This document shows, piece after piece, positions 41,919 through 51,868 of a DNA stretch of 64,000 bases; within the stretch, counting starts at the first letter, position 1; every line of letters starts with the position of its first letter. Both the position numbers and the translations under genes were made by a program. Source of the stretch: Spirochaetia bacterium (GTDB lineage Bacteria; Spirochaetota; Spirochaetia; UBA9216); contig CAXXYH010000003.1 in assembly GCA_963677925.2 (NCBI GenBank), positions 192,001 to 256,000 on the forward strand. Direction: 5' to 3'. The notes beneath the pieces are model-generated. The model saw only the letters and a list, made by a program, of their open reading frames with translations. It was not told the origin of the DNA and did not search any database.

Positions 41919-42765
41919 ACTTTTCTTTGTATCAGATCTTCACGGTGATTGTGAAAAATATAAAAAACTCATTGAAAAAATAAAAGAACTGAAGCCTGAA
42001 TATGTTCTGTTAGGGGGAGATCTTCTTCCGCCGTCTCTTCCTTTAAAAAAAATATACAGTCAGGATAAAGTCAATTTTATAACAGAGTTTTTGACGCCGA
42101 AATTTTCTGATTTGCAAAAAGAGATGCTCATTGAATATCCGGAAATATTTCTCATTATGGGAAATGATGATCCTGCTTTTTTTGAACCCTTTTTAATAAA
42201 TTCTGAATTATGGATTTATCTTCACAACAGAACTTATATTTCAGGAAAGTTTACATTCTGCGGTTACAATTTTGTTCCGCCCTCACCTTTCTTTCTAAAA
42301 GACTGGGAACGTTATGACGTTTCCAGATACTCGGATCCCGGAACTATTGATCTGGAAGATGGAGTCCGTTCTATTCTGATGTCTGAACATGATATTAAAT
42401 GGACGACCATAAGTGAGGATTTAAGCCTGCTAAGTCATAATTTAAATGCTGATAACACCATTTTTCTCTTTCACACTCCTCCGTATAACTGCAGTCTTGA
42501 TTTGGGAGAACTGAACGGTAAGATGATTGACTATGTACCTCTTGATGAGCATTTAGGAAGCATTGCAGTACGCCGATTTATAGAAGATTTTCAGCCGAAA
42601 CTTACACTGCATGGCCATATACACGAGTCTACCCGGATGAGTGGTGTCTGGCTAGAAAAATTTGATTCAACAGTAAGTATAAACGGAGCATCCGAAGGCG
42701 AACTTCTAACTCTGATTATAATAGATTCAGAAAAACCTGAATCGGCACAAAGGCTGCTTATTTAA
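41905..42765 (+). CDS. calcineurin-like metallophosphoesterase (Icc-related)
   Basis: SDLHG, GGDL, GNDD, FHTPP, GHIHE motifs. Confidence 0.9.
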   Translation: MLMSKLFFVSDLHGDCEKYKKLIEKIKELKPEYVLLGGDLLPPSLPLKKIYSQDKVNFITEFLTPKFSDLQKEMLIEYPEIFLIMGNDDPAFFEPFLINSELWIYLHNRTYISGKFTFCGYNFVPPSPFFLKDWERYDVSRYSDPGTIDLEDGVRSILMSEHDIKWTTISEDLSLLSHNLNADNTIFLFHTPPYNCSLDLGELNGKMIDYVPLDEHLGSIAVRRFIEDFQPKLTLHGHIHESTRMSGVWLEKFDSTVSINGASEGELLTLIIIDSEKPESAQRLLI

Positions 42766-42804
42766 ATTTTTTCAACATGATTCATTTTTTTCAGTCTGTA
42801 TGTA

Positions 42805-44028
42805 CTATATTAGGCGTTTCATATTTTTTTCCGGTTTTTCGAGCAAGGAGGAAAATAAAAGTGAAATTAACCCAAGTAATGCCGCAAGACTGAAAAGGAA
42901 TTCTATACCAAGCGACTCCCATAATATCCCTCCGCCGATTGCAATGAATATTCCAATGAGGTGGTTAACAGATAAGCCTGTTGCCAGTGTTGAAGTAATC
43001 TCATCCTTTGTATCAGACATACTGCGGGCGTACATATCTCTTGCCATCCCGAAGGCAAACATCACTGCATCAAGAACAAATACTGCACAGATTACTGCAT
43101 AGGCGGTATTAAAAGGCAGGATTCTATGTGCAAAACCATATATAATACATACCAATACAAGAATGATTGAATCAGCAATTAAAACTTTTTTGTACCCTGC
43201 CCTGTCTATAAGTCTGCCTACAACCGGACCGATAAATATATTTATTATTGACCACAGACCGTATAAAACTGAAATAAGTTCAGCACCGGCTCCATACACT
43301 GTAATCAAGACATAGGGTGCGAAAGTAAGAAAAACCTGCTTTCTGGCGCCGAAAAATACTTCAAGCAGATAATATTTTGTGTATTTTTTTCTTATGTAAA
43401 TTTTTTTCCGGTTCACCTTATTGTCTGATTTTTTAAGCCTGAAGGATAATACCAGACCTACAGCAAGAATAAGGAATGCAATAAGGAAAACGGTTCGGTA
43501 TTTAGTAAACGGATCTTCTGCTTTCGTAAAGAATGCAACAGCAAGCATTATAAGAGGACCCAGATAATATCCAACAGCCTGACCAGCGTTTCCGAACCCC
43601 CGGAGTATACCCATTGCAACTCCGTCTTTGCCTTCCCTGGCAAAATGCAGCCCGACTGACTGCCTTACCGGCATCATTATATGTTCACCGGTACTGTAAA
43701 TCATCATCAGAATGACAGCACCGATTCTGTTATTACCGAAAAGAAACAAAAATAGAAGTGCAGTGCCAGTCAGGAAAAATGCGGCCCGAATTAGCTTAAT
43801 CTCTGAAAAACGGTAGAGCACAGCAAGGACTGCAATTAAAAACAGACCGGGGAGTTCTCTTGGAAGCTCAAGCCAGCCGCGTTCAGCCTTTGTGAGCCCA
43901 AGAACCTCATAAAGATAATTATTAAAAACCCCGTTATACAGACCGATTACAATACCAAAAAGCAGCATGGATACAAGAAAGCTCTTTATCCTGCTGCTTG
44001 AATAATAAGTTTTAAGATTCAACTTCAT
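42805..44028 (-). CDS. MFS transporter
   Basis: ~12 hydrophobic segments; GRLIDRAGYK motif A. Confidence 0.9.
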   Translation of the reverse strand: MKLNLKTYYSSSRIKSFLVSMLLFGIVIGLYNGVFNNYLYEVLGLTKAERGWLELPRELPGLFLIAVLAVLYRFSEIKLIRAAFFLTGTALLFLFLFGNNRIGAVILMMIYSTGEHIMMPVRQSVGLHFAREGKDGVAMGILRGFGNAGQAVGYYLGPLIMLAVAFFTKAEDPFTKYRTVFLIAFLILAVGLVLSFRLKKSDNKVNRKKIYIRKKYTKYYLLEVFFGARKQVFLTFAPYVLITVYGAGAELISVLYGLWSIINIFIGPVVGRLIDRAGYKKVLIADSIILVLVCIIYGFAHRILPFNTAYAVICAVFVLDAVMFAFGMARDMYARSMSDTKDEITSTLATGLSVNHLIGIFIAIGGGILWESLGIEFLFSLAALLGLISLLFSSLLEKPEKNMKRLI

Positions 44029-44048
44029 TCAAGAAGTATAATTTCTTT

Positions 44049-44357
44049 TCAGGTTAATAACAATTCCTCTGCGACACCGTCTTCTTCAAGAGCATCAAGA
44101 ATTTGGTCAACTGCATCTTCAGAATCTACCCCGCCGTACCACGTGTTATCAGGAAAGACTACAAGAATGGGACCTCTGTCGCACATATTAAGACATGAAG
44201 TCATTGCTACAGAAATTGTATCAAGCCCCCTGTCCTGCAGTTCTTCAGTGATATAGGGAATCAGTCCCATGGCACCTTTTTTATGACATACACCCTGAGG
44301 TTCTCCGGAAGCTCTGAAACTTCCGCATACTAAAATTTGTTTATCTGGCTTTTCCAC
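44049..44357 (-). CDS. thioredoxin-like [2Fe-2S] ferredoxin (nif-associated)
   Basis: VCGSFR..G...GVC, SCLNMCDRGP, WY; GTG start with GGAG SD. Confidence 0.9.
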   Translation of the reverse strand: MEKPDKQILVCGSFRASGEPQGVCHKKGAMGLIPYITEELQDRGLDTISVAMTSCLNMCDRGPILVVFPDNTWYGGVDSEDAVDQILDALEEDGVAEELLLT

Positions 44358-44395
44358 TATCTTCTCCTTTAATAATAATTAGGCATTTTATATAT

Positions 44396-45664
44396 TCAAC
44401 CGCATCCGTTCCCTGAACCGATACAGTTTTTACCTGCTCCGCATACATGCCGCTTTTTTAGATATGCAATACTTTCCCCGTTAAAAATTTTCATTGCGGC
44501 TTCTTCTGCGACACCCTCAATAATGGCGACACTCAAACCTGATTCCGAAAGGATACTCACTGGCTTATCGCCGGCTCCTCCTACAAGGAGATGCGAACAG
44601 TCTTTAAGTGCTGCAGCAATCTCAAGCCATCGGCTGTCTCCGCCTCCAGGCAAAGGAGCTTTTCTTTTATCAGTAACTTTTAAAACTCCGTCAAAGTTTT
44701 CAATGATATATAGATAATCAGCTTCACCTAGATGCCTGTTAACAAGAAACCCTTCCCGGGAAACAAAGGCAACCTTGTCACGTCCGGCTTCGGGTTCCGG
44801 TTCAATTTCTGAGGCGGCTTTCAGAAGATCTGTAATCTCATCTTTCTGCTGCTCACCAAGCAGCCCTACTGCATCAGCCCTGCATCTTTTACAGTGCCTT
44901 GACTGGCTTATATGTTCGGAAGCCTTCGCACGGAAACCCTCAACCGTTTTGCAGTCCGGCTCTTTAATATCAGCAAAGACTGTATCCTCTACAGGTATCA
45001 GCGGTATTATATTCATCATATCGCAGCCGATTTCAGCAGCTTTCCTGGCTACAGGAATTATCTGGCTTTCATTTATTCCGGGAATTAGAATTGTGTTTAC
45101 TTTAACGCTGAGTCCCAATTCCTTAGCCTTTATCATTGTTTCAAGCTGTCTCTCAATCAGAATTTCAGCTGCTTCAAGCCCGCGATAATTACGTTTTTTA
45201 TATCTGGCCCAGTGATAAATACCGGTCCCAATCTCAGCATCAAGTGTATTCATTGTAACAGTCAGATGGGATACGCCGGCCTTCTGCACCTGTTCAAGAT
45301 ATTCGGGGGCACCGAGACCGTTGGTTGAAAGACAGAAAAGCATATCACTTTTAACATTTCTGCATCTTTCTATGGTTTCAATAGTAACTTCAGGCTGAGC
45401 GAAGGCATCACCAGGGCCTGCAATTCCAACTACTCCTAAAGGCATTCTTTTAATTAGCTCTGACAAATAAATCTCAGCCTGGGCAGGATTAAGAACTGAA
45501 GAGGAAACACCAGGTCTTCCTTCATTTATACAGTCATACTTTCTGGAACAGTACTTGCACTGAATATTGCACTTAGGAGCAACGGGGAGATGTACTCTGG
45601 CAGTTGTATGTGATGCTTTTTCATCAAAACATGGGTGTATTAAAGCAGTTTTTGTTTCATTCAT
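44396..45664 (-). CDS. nifB: FeMo-cofactor biosynthesis radical SAM protein NifB with NifX-like C-terminal domain
   Basis: HPCF, CNIQCKYC, ExRP, AGPGD, TVTMN, CKRCRADA; C-terminal VNRHLGEA. Confidence 0.96.
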   Translation of the reverse strand: MNETKTALIHPCFDEKASHTTARVHLPVAPKCNIQCKYCSRKYDCINEGRPGVSSSVLNPAQAEIYLSELIKRMPLGVVGIAGPGDAFAQPEVTIETIERCRNVKSDMLFCLSTNGLGAPEYLEQVQKAGVSHLTVTMNTLDAEIGTGIYHWARYKKRNYRGLEAAEILIERQLETMIKAKELGLSVKVNTILIPGINESQIIPVARKAAEIGCDMMNIIPLIPVEDTVFADIKEPDCKTVEGFRAKASEHISQSRHCKRCRADAVGLLGEQQKDEITDLLKAASEIEPEPEAGRDKVAFVSREGFLVNRHLGEADYLYIIENFDGVLKVTDKRKAPLPGGGDSRWLEIAAALKDCSHLLVGGAGDKPVSILSESGLSVAIIEGVAEEAAMKIFNGESIAYLKKRHVCGAGKNCIGSGNGCG

Positions 45665-45674
45665 AATTGCACTC

Positions 45675-47030
45675 CTACATGCTCATATAACCGACTGGAG
45701 ACAGCTCCTGTCTTTTAGCTATAATCGTGTTCGCTGTTTCATCAAGAAGCCTGAGAGCTCCTTCATATCCGATATGCACTTTTCGCTGACCTCCGAATCT
45801 GTCAGTAATTGGAAATCCGGCTCTAATCATCGGTATATCCAGTGCCCTGGCTGTTTTGTATCCCTTAGAGTTCCCAATAAGCAGATCTATTTTTCTCTCT
45901 TCAGCGGCCTTATCCAGACCGGAAAAATCTTCATCGACCATAAGGCTGCATTCCGGATTTCCGTTCTTAGTCTGTAAACTAAGGAATTCCTGTTCATCTG
46001 CATCGGATATTTTTTCTCCGGTCATGCATAGTGACGGAATAATACCTATTTCATTGAGAAACGATGCCATTCCGGATACGAAATCAAATTCACCGTATAC
46101 TGCGGCATTGCAGCTGGAAAAATAACGGTGTGAATCAGAATAAGCATCAAGAAGTCTTGCCCTGTTATTCTGCATTTCATCAGGTAGTTCAATTTTTTTG
46201 CCGCATGCTGCTGCAGCTTTTTTAATCTCATTTATAAAAAGATCTGTATTTCTTATTCCTATAGGCAGCGGGAGAACTGAATAGTTTACATCGGTTTTAA
46301 CCTTTATTACTCCGGCCGGGTTTGCCAGCCTTGTTGAATGCGGTCCAAACTGTATTGTGTAATCAGCACATCCCATAGATTTGATATCATCGACTGAAGT
46401 TCCGCCGGGAGGAATGGGATTGTGCTTTTCCCATGCTCCTCCGTCAAGGGTTTCACTGTAATCAGGCAGCATGACAGCTTCAATATTCATACTCGTAAGC
46501 ATGTACTTAAGATGTCTGAGATCTCCGGGACTTAACATCCATGGAATTATATTCAGCCTGAACCTGTCACTTTCATGTTTAAGTTCAGGAGATTCAGCCA
46601 AACCGGCTAGCGATGAAACCATCTTCATAAAACCGTCTACATGAGTTCCCCTGTAGGAAGCCGTCTCGGCATGAATGTATACCCGTTTTTCTTTTTCAGG
46701 CATTTCCTTCATATACATCCCAACATCTTCACCGATTGTCTCGGCAAGGCAGGATGTTGCGATTCCAATAACCTCGGGGTCATACTTCTGAATCATGTTT
46801 TCAAGCCCTTTAAGCAGGTTTTCCTTACCGCCGAATACGGCTGTGTTTTCATCAAATGATGATGAAGCAATATCAATCGGCTCCCTGAAATGTCCGATTA
46901 AAAATCTTCTGATATATGTTGAACAGCCCTGTGAACCGTGAAGAATACACATGCTGTTTTTTATCCCTTTCATTGCAAGCGAGGCTCCCAACGGCGAACA
47001 TGTCTTACATGGATTTACTGTGTGGTCCAT
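45675..47030 (-). CDS. nifN: FeMo-cofactor scaffold NifN
   Basis: NPCKTCSPLGA, HGSQGCSTY, GFPI.DRFGGQR; position after nifE. Confidence 0.93.
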   Translation of the reverse strand: MDHTVNPCKTCSPLGASLAMKGIKNSMCILHGSQGCSTYIRRFLIGHFREPIDIASSSFDENTAVFGGKENLLKGLENMIQKYDPEVIGIATSCLAETIGEDVGMYMKEMPEKEKRVYIHAETASYRGTHVDGFMKMVSSLAGLAESPELKHESDRFRLNIIPWMLSPGDLRHLKYMLTSMNIEAVMLPDYSETLDGGAWEKHNPIPPGGTSVDDIKSMGCADYTIQFGPHSTRLANPAGVIKVKTDVNYSVLPLPIGIRNTDLFINEIKKAAAACGKKIELPDEMQNNRARLLDAYSDSHRYFSSCNAAVYGEFDFVSGMASFLNEIGIIPSLCMTGEKISDADEQEFLSLQTKNGNPECSLMVDEDFSGLDKAAEERKIDLLIGNSKGYKTARALDIPMIRAGFPITDRFGGQRKVHIGYEGALRLLDETANTIIAKRQELSPVGYMSM

Positions 47031-48394
47031 GGATTATTCCTCCTTGCTTCTTTCATAACATCCCATACGGGAGTGTTTAATGTGCTGTAAACCTCTTCTG
47101 CAAAATTGAGCATTCCTTCAAAACCGGTAAGTGCTATCTTGCGTTCATGATTATGATCACAGAAACCTACTCCGAGTTTGAAAGCCATAGGTCTTTCCTT
47201 TACACCGCCTATAAAAAGATCTACTCCAAGTTCCTCTATAAACTGAGCGAGCTCTGACGGATTTGAATCATCAACTATAACTGTCCCGGGATCAGCGAGT
47301 TCTTTCATTTCCTCATAATCCTCGGCAGTACCTGTCTGTGAGCCCATAAGGACTACTTTTACTCCCAGATACTTAAGTGACTTTAGAAGGCTGATAGCCT
47401 TGAATGCGCCGCCTACATAAACTGCGGCCTTTTTGCCGGCAAGTCCGGCCTTGTATTTCATCAGCTTTGGATAAGTTTCTTTCAGCTGACCATGAACGAA
47501 CTCTCTGGTTTTTTCCAGGATTCCCGGCACTTCACTGAAAAACTCAGCTACTGTATAAAGGGCTTCCGCAGTGTCTTCGATACCGAAATAGGATACCTGT
47601 TTAAATGGTATACCGTAATCTTTCTCCATGTCCTTTGCCAGGAACTTTAAAGAACCTGAGCACTGAACGACATTTAATGCTGACCGATAGGAATTCTGTA
47701 TCCTTTCGACCCTTCCGTCGCCTGTAAGAATTGCACCTACTTTTACACCTATTGCGTCGTAGTAGCTCTGTATCATCCAGGCCTCACCGGCAAGATTGAA
47801 TTCGCCCAGTATGTTTATGACAGGTTCCCTTTTTACAGGGACCTTATCAACGTCGGACTTAAGATGTATCAGTCTGCTTAGAGCATTACACGCCGCCTTG
47901 TATCCGTCCTTTTTTGTTCCCTTAAACCCTTCCGAGTGGACGGGTATAACAGGAATATTAAATTTCTCTGAGGTTTTCCGGCAGACAGCCTCCACATCAT
48001 CACCGATGATACCGACGATACATGTGCTGTAGACAAAAACAGCAGAAGGTTTGTATTCAGGAATCAGAGATTCCATTGCGGCCGAGAGTTTCTTCTCTCC
48101 TCCGAAGATGACGTCATCTTCCCTTAAATCGGTTGAAAAACTTTTTCGGTGAAGCTCAGGACCTGAACTCAGGGCACCCCTTATGTCCCAGGTATAAGCT
48201 GCACAGCCGATTGGTCCGTGTACAAGATGAAGTGCATCGGCTATCGGATAAAGAACTACCCTCGATCCGCAGAATACGCAGGCTCTCTGACTTACTGAAC
48301 CTGCAGCTGATACCTTCTCGCCTGTTATTACAAAATTGTCTGTTCCTTTTCTGAAAACCTGCTGTCTTCTTTCTTTTATCAGACTGTCTGCCAT
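47015..48394 (-). CDS. nifE: FeMo-cofactor scaffold NifE
   Basis: SQRACVFCG, HGPIGCAAYTWDIRG, VVQCSGS, DHNHER. Start ATG 48394 after GAGGA. Confidence 0.95.
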   Translation of the reverse strand: MADSLIKERRQQVFRKGTDNFVITGEKVSAAGSVSQRACVFCGSRVVLYPIADALHLVHGPIGCAAYTWDIRGALSSGPELHRKSFSTDLREDDVIFGGEKKLSAAMESLIPEYKPSAVFVYSTCIVGIIGDDVEAVCRKTSEKFNIPVIPVHSEGFKGTKKDGYKAACNALSRLIHLKSDVDKVPVKREPVINILGEFNLAGEAWMIQSYYDAIGVKVGAILTGDGRVERIQNSYRSALNVVQCSGSLKFLAKDMEKDYGIPFKQVSYFGIEDTAEALYTVAEFFSEVPGILEKTREFVHGQLKETYPKLMKYKAGLAGKKAAVYVGGAFKAISLLKSLKYLGVKVVLMGSQTGTAEDYEEMKELADPGTVIVDDSNPSELAQFIEELGVDLFIGGVKERPMAFKLGVGFCDHNHERKIALTGFEGMLNFAEEVYSTLNTPVWDVMKEARRNNPWTTQ

Positions 48395-48447
48395 AGTTGT
48401 CCTCTTTATGCTGCTGCAATTGCTGAAGCTTACGCTCAAGCGACTGA

Positions 48448-49833
48448 TTACATTACCAGCTCAAATCTTTCCTCAGGAGCATCTCTGTCCTGTCTGTCCA
48501 TCATCAGGTTAAGGATCTTTTCCACGATGCGCATTGCACCTGCGTATCCGACAGTCGGTGAATACTGGTGACCGATTCTGTCGTAAATAGGGAATCCCAT
48601 CCTCATGAAAGGAATGTCTTCATCCCTGGCAATATATTTGCCGTATGAATTACCGATCAGAAGATCGATTGGTTCATTTTTAATCCACTGATGAAGCAGA
48701 AACATATCGGCCCTGGGGCCGTTTTTAACGTTCTCAGTTGAAAAATCTCCAGCTTCAAAAACTTCGTTTATCTTTTTCATAAATTTCTTACCTGGAGTTC
48801 CGGATACAATGTGCACGGGTTTCATACCCATATCGATTAAAAACTCAGTAAGAGGAATAAGCTGATCGGGATCACCGTATATACCGACTTTTTTACCGTA
48901 GAGGTACTGCTGCATATCTGATAGTACATCAACTACACGGCCGCGCTCATCGGTGATAGAATCCGGAACCGGATGTCCTGTTACTTCGGCAATTTTCATA
49001 AGGAATCTGTCTGTTGCTCTTATTCCGATTGGCAGATCCATAACTTCGTACGGAACCTTTGCTATTTTCTTTATTTCATTAACTGCAGCTTCGCTTGCAA
49101 AACTGCCTAGCGCAAAGCTGTAATGGCTCTTTCCGATAGTCTCAAGTTCTTCAACCTTTGTACCGCCCTTAGGGAACATGTCATGAACACCGGTCATGGG
49201 GGTATCAAGTACGTTTGAAGTATCAGGGAACATTACATTGGCAACACGCATCTCCCTCATTATTCTTTTAATTTCACGCATATCCGAAGGTTCAACCCAG
49301 CCCGGAACAATGTTTACCTGGTTGGTTTTTTCTTCTTCGTCAACGCAGAAAGCCTTGGCAAATGCTGCAGTCATGGATGAAAATCCGGTTACATGCGAAC
49401 CTACATAAGAAGGTGTACTGCACTGAATAACTTTTTTACCTTCCGGTATTTTACCGTCATCCATAGCTTTCTGTGCAATCTGACTCACATCATCTCCGAT
49501 AGTTTCGGACAGACAGGTTGTATGTACCGCAATCATGTCGGGATTGTACACGCTGAACATAGTGTTAAGAGCTGTTATGAGGTTAGCCTGACCTCCGAAT
49601 ACTGAAGCACCCTCAGTAAAGGAACTGGTGCCGGCCATAACAGGTTCTTTATAATGTCTTGTTAATGCTGAGCGGTGATAAGCGCAGCATCCCTGGGAGC
49701 CATGGCTGTGCGGAAGACATCCGTGAATACCAAGCGCAGCATACATTGCTCCAACCGGCTGACAAGTTTTTGCCGGATTAACTGTTAACGCTTTTCTTTC
49801 CGCTACTTCTGCGGTTGTATGTCTAAGTAACAT
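48448..49833 (-). CDS. nifK: nitrogenase MoFe protein beta chain
   Basis: NPAKTCQP, HGSQGC, TTCLSETIGDD, TPSY.GSH P-cluster ligands; short (group II) form. Confidence 0.97.
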   Translation of the reverse strand: MLLRHTTAEVAERKALTVNPAKTCQPVGAMYAALGIHGCLPHSHGSQGCCAYHRSALTRHYKEPVMAGTSSFTEGASVFGGQANLITALNTMFSVYNPDMIAVHTTCLSETIGDDVSQIAQKAMDDGKIPEGKKVIQCSTPSYVGSHVTGFSSMTAAFAKAFCVDEEEKTNQVNIVPGWVEPSDMREIKRIMREMRVANVMFPDTSNVLDTPMTGVHDMFPKGGTKVEELETIGKSHYSFALGSFASEAAVNEIKKIAKVPYEVMDLPIGIRATDRFLMKIAEVTGHPVPDSITDERGRVVDVLSDMQQYLYGKKVGIYGDPDQLIPLTEFLIDMGMKPVHIVSGTPGKKFMKKINEVFEAGDFSTENVKNGPRADMFLLHQWIKNEPIDLLIGNSYGKYIARDEDIPFMRMGFPIYDRIGHQYSPTVGYAGAMRIVEKILNLMMDRQDRDAPEERFELVM

Positions 49834-49842
49834 GACTCTCTC

Positions 49843-51468
49843 CTATTTCTTTATAAAGCTGCCGTACAGCGATTTATTTTTTTCCCATGGTGCGCCGATT
49901 AAACTGAAAATCTTGCTGCTGGTCATTCTGTCTATTTCTCTGTACCAGTTGATTGCACCTACGAAACCTGCATATGGTCCGCCGTAGTCATAACTGTGAA
50001 GCTGTTTCAGGGGTATACCCATTTTCTGTACAGCATATTTTTCTTTTATACCTGCACAGAAGATATCGGGATGATACTCTTCAACCAGTTTCTCCATTTC
50101 GTAATGACTGATGTCATCAATTACATAGGTTCCGTTTTCCATCTCTGGCCAGAGCCCCTCATAATCACTGAAAGTTACACCTTTGGCCTCAAGTGCAGCC
50201 TTCTCTTCTTCAGTTTTTCTCGGACTGTATTTCTCGGGATCCGGTTCAACTGAAAGCTCTTCAATATTCCGGCTGTCAGCATCTACTTTTATAGTAGGAA
50301 GAACATGACGTCCCTCGTAGTCATCACGGTGTCCGAACTCATAACCGGCAGCAAGAACCTTCATTCCAAGCTCTCTGAAAAGCTCCTGGTAATGGTGTGC
50401 TCTTGAACCTCCGACGAAAAGCATTGTTGATTTACCCTCAGTTCTTGGCCTGATTTCTTCAATTACAGCCTCGACGCCTGCAATTTCTTCAGCTATTACT
50501 TCTTCAACCTTTTCCATAAGTTCAGTATCTTCGAAGTATCCGGCAATTTTTCTTAGGGATTTTGCGGTTGCCTCTGCACCGATAAAGTTCACCTTAATCC
50601 AGGGAATACCGTATTTTTTCTCCATCATTTCAGCGACATAGTTTATAGATCTGTGACACATAATTGTATTCAAGTCGGCAGTGTGTGATGAAGCAAAATG
50701 ATCTATAGAAGAATTACCGCTGTATGTTGAAACAAGTGTAATCCCGCATTTCTCAAGGAGATTTTCAATAACAAAGGCATCACCGCCGATGTTGTATTCA
50801 CCAAGAAGGTTGATTTTGTATTTCCCCTGCTTGCCTTCTTCTTTTGTTCCGACAACATGCTTGAAAATCTGGTTATTGGCGATATGGTGCCCAGCCGACT
50901 GGCTGACACCCTTGTAGCCTTCACACGAAAAACCGAAGACATTGCAGTCGCCGAAAGTTTCCTTCATTTCCTTTGCAACAGCATGAATATCATCACCAAT
51001 AAGTCCAACAGGACATGTTGAAAAGATAGCAATCGCCTTGGGTTTGAAAATGTCATAGGCTTCCTGTATTGCCTGCTTCAGAAGTTTTTCACCGCCGAAA
51101 ACGATATTCTCATCCTGCATGTCTGTTGAAAAACAGTATGGCATAAAGTTTTCCTGACCCGGACTGTCTTCCGGTCTTGTCTGATTACGTCTTGTAAGCC
51201 ATGAGTAAAATCCGCAGCCGATAGGACCGTGAGTTATATTAATAATGTCCCTTGTAGGACCTAAAACTACGCCCTTACAGCCTGCATAACAGCATCCGCG
51301 CTGTGTTATTATTCCGGGAATAGTTCTTACATTTGCCTGAATCTGCTGTGATGGTTCATCATTTTTAATGACGAACTGCTTGGCTCTCTTTTTAAGAACT
51401 TTAGCCGGATATACATCCATTGTTCGGTCTTTAAAGACTTCCGAATTTATGTTGTTATTTTCAGCCAT
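49843..51468 (-). CDS. nifD: nitrogenase MoFe protein alpha chain (group II, with insertion)
   Basis: RGCCYAG, HGPIGC, TCPVGLIGDD, GVSQSAGHH, MCHRSINY (FeMoco Cys), GGSRAHH, QLHSYDY (FeMoco His). Confidence 0.97.
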   Translation of the reverse strand: MAENNNINSEVFKDRTMDVYPAKVLKKRAKQFVIKNDEPSQQIQANVRTIPGIITQRGCCYAGCKGVVLGPTRDIINITHGPIGCGFYSWLTRRNQTRPEDSPGQENFMPYCFSTDMQDENIVFGGEKLLKQAIQEAYDIFKPKAIAIFSTCPVGLIGDDIHAVAKEMKETFGDCNVFGFSCEGYKGVSQSAGHHIANNQIFKHVVGTKEEGKQGKYKINLLGEYNIGGDAFVIENLLEKCGITLVSTYSGNSSIDHFASSHTADLNTIMCHRSINYVAEMMEKKYGIPWIKVNFIGAEATAKSLRKIAGYFEDTELMEKVEEVIAEEIAGVEAVIEEIRPRTEGKSTMLFVGGSRAHHYQELFRELGMKVLAAGYEFGHRDDYEGRHVLPTIKVDADSRNIEELSVEPDPEKYSPRKTEEEKAALEAKGVTFSDYEGLWPEMENGTYVIDDISHYEMEKLVEEYHPDIFCAGIKEKYAVQKMGIPLKQLHSYDYGGPYAGFVGAINWYREIDRMTSSKIFSLIGAPWEKNKSLYGSFIKK

Positions 51469-51490
51469 ATTTAATTCCTTGCTATTACAC

Positions 51491-51868
51491 TCAGTCGAGT
51501 GTTTTCTCGCCTTTTTCGCCAGTTCTAACCCTGATGCTTTCAGCTACAGGGAAAACAAATATCTTTCCGTCTCCAGGATTTCCTGTCTTGTTAATCTTGA
51601 TGATAGTCTGAATAGCCAGCTCCTTTTTATCATCATTGACTACAAGCGTTATCAGCCTTTTGGGAACCAGCCTCGGACCTCCGCCAAGCTGTGAAATTGC
51701 TTCCTGATAGCCATCCTGGGCACCCTTTATAACCTGATAGTCAACAAGCCCCTTTCCGCGGCCGAGAACTCTTCCCGTTGCGGTAAATCCGGAGAAACCT
51801 GCGCTGCTTAAAGCACGCTTGGTTTCATTTATCTTATTCATACGAATAACAGCCATTATCTCTTTCAT
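51491..51868 (-). CDS. nifI2: PII-family nitrogenase regulator NifI2
   Basis: MKEIMAVIRMNK, GRGKG, long T-loop, GDGKIFV, RVRTGE; between nifH and nifD. Confidence 0.9.
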   Translation of the reverse strand: MKEIMAVIRMNKINETKRALSSAGFSGFTATGRVLGRGKGLVDYQVIKGAQDGYQEAISQLGGGPRLVPKRLITLVVNDDKKELAIQTIIKINKTGNPGDGKIFVFPVAESIRVRTGEKGEKTLD

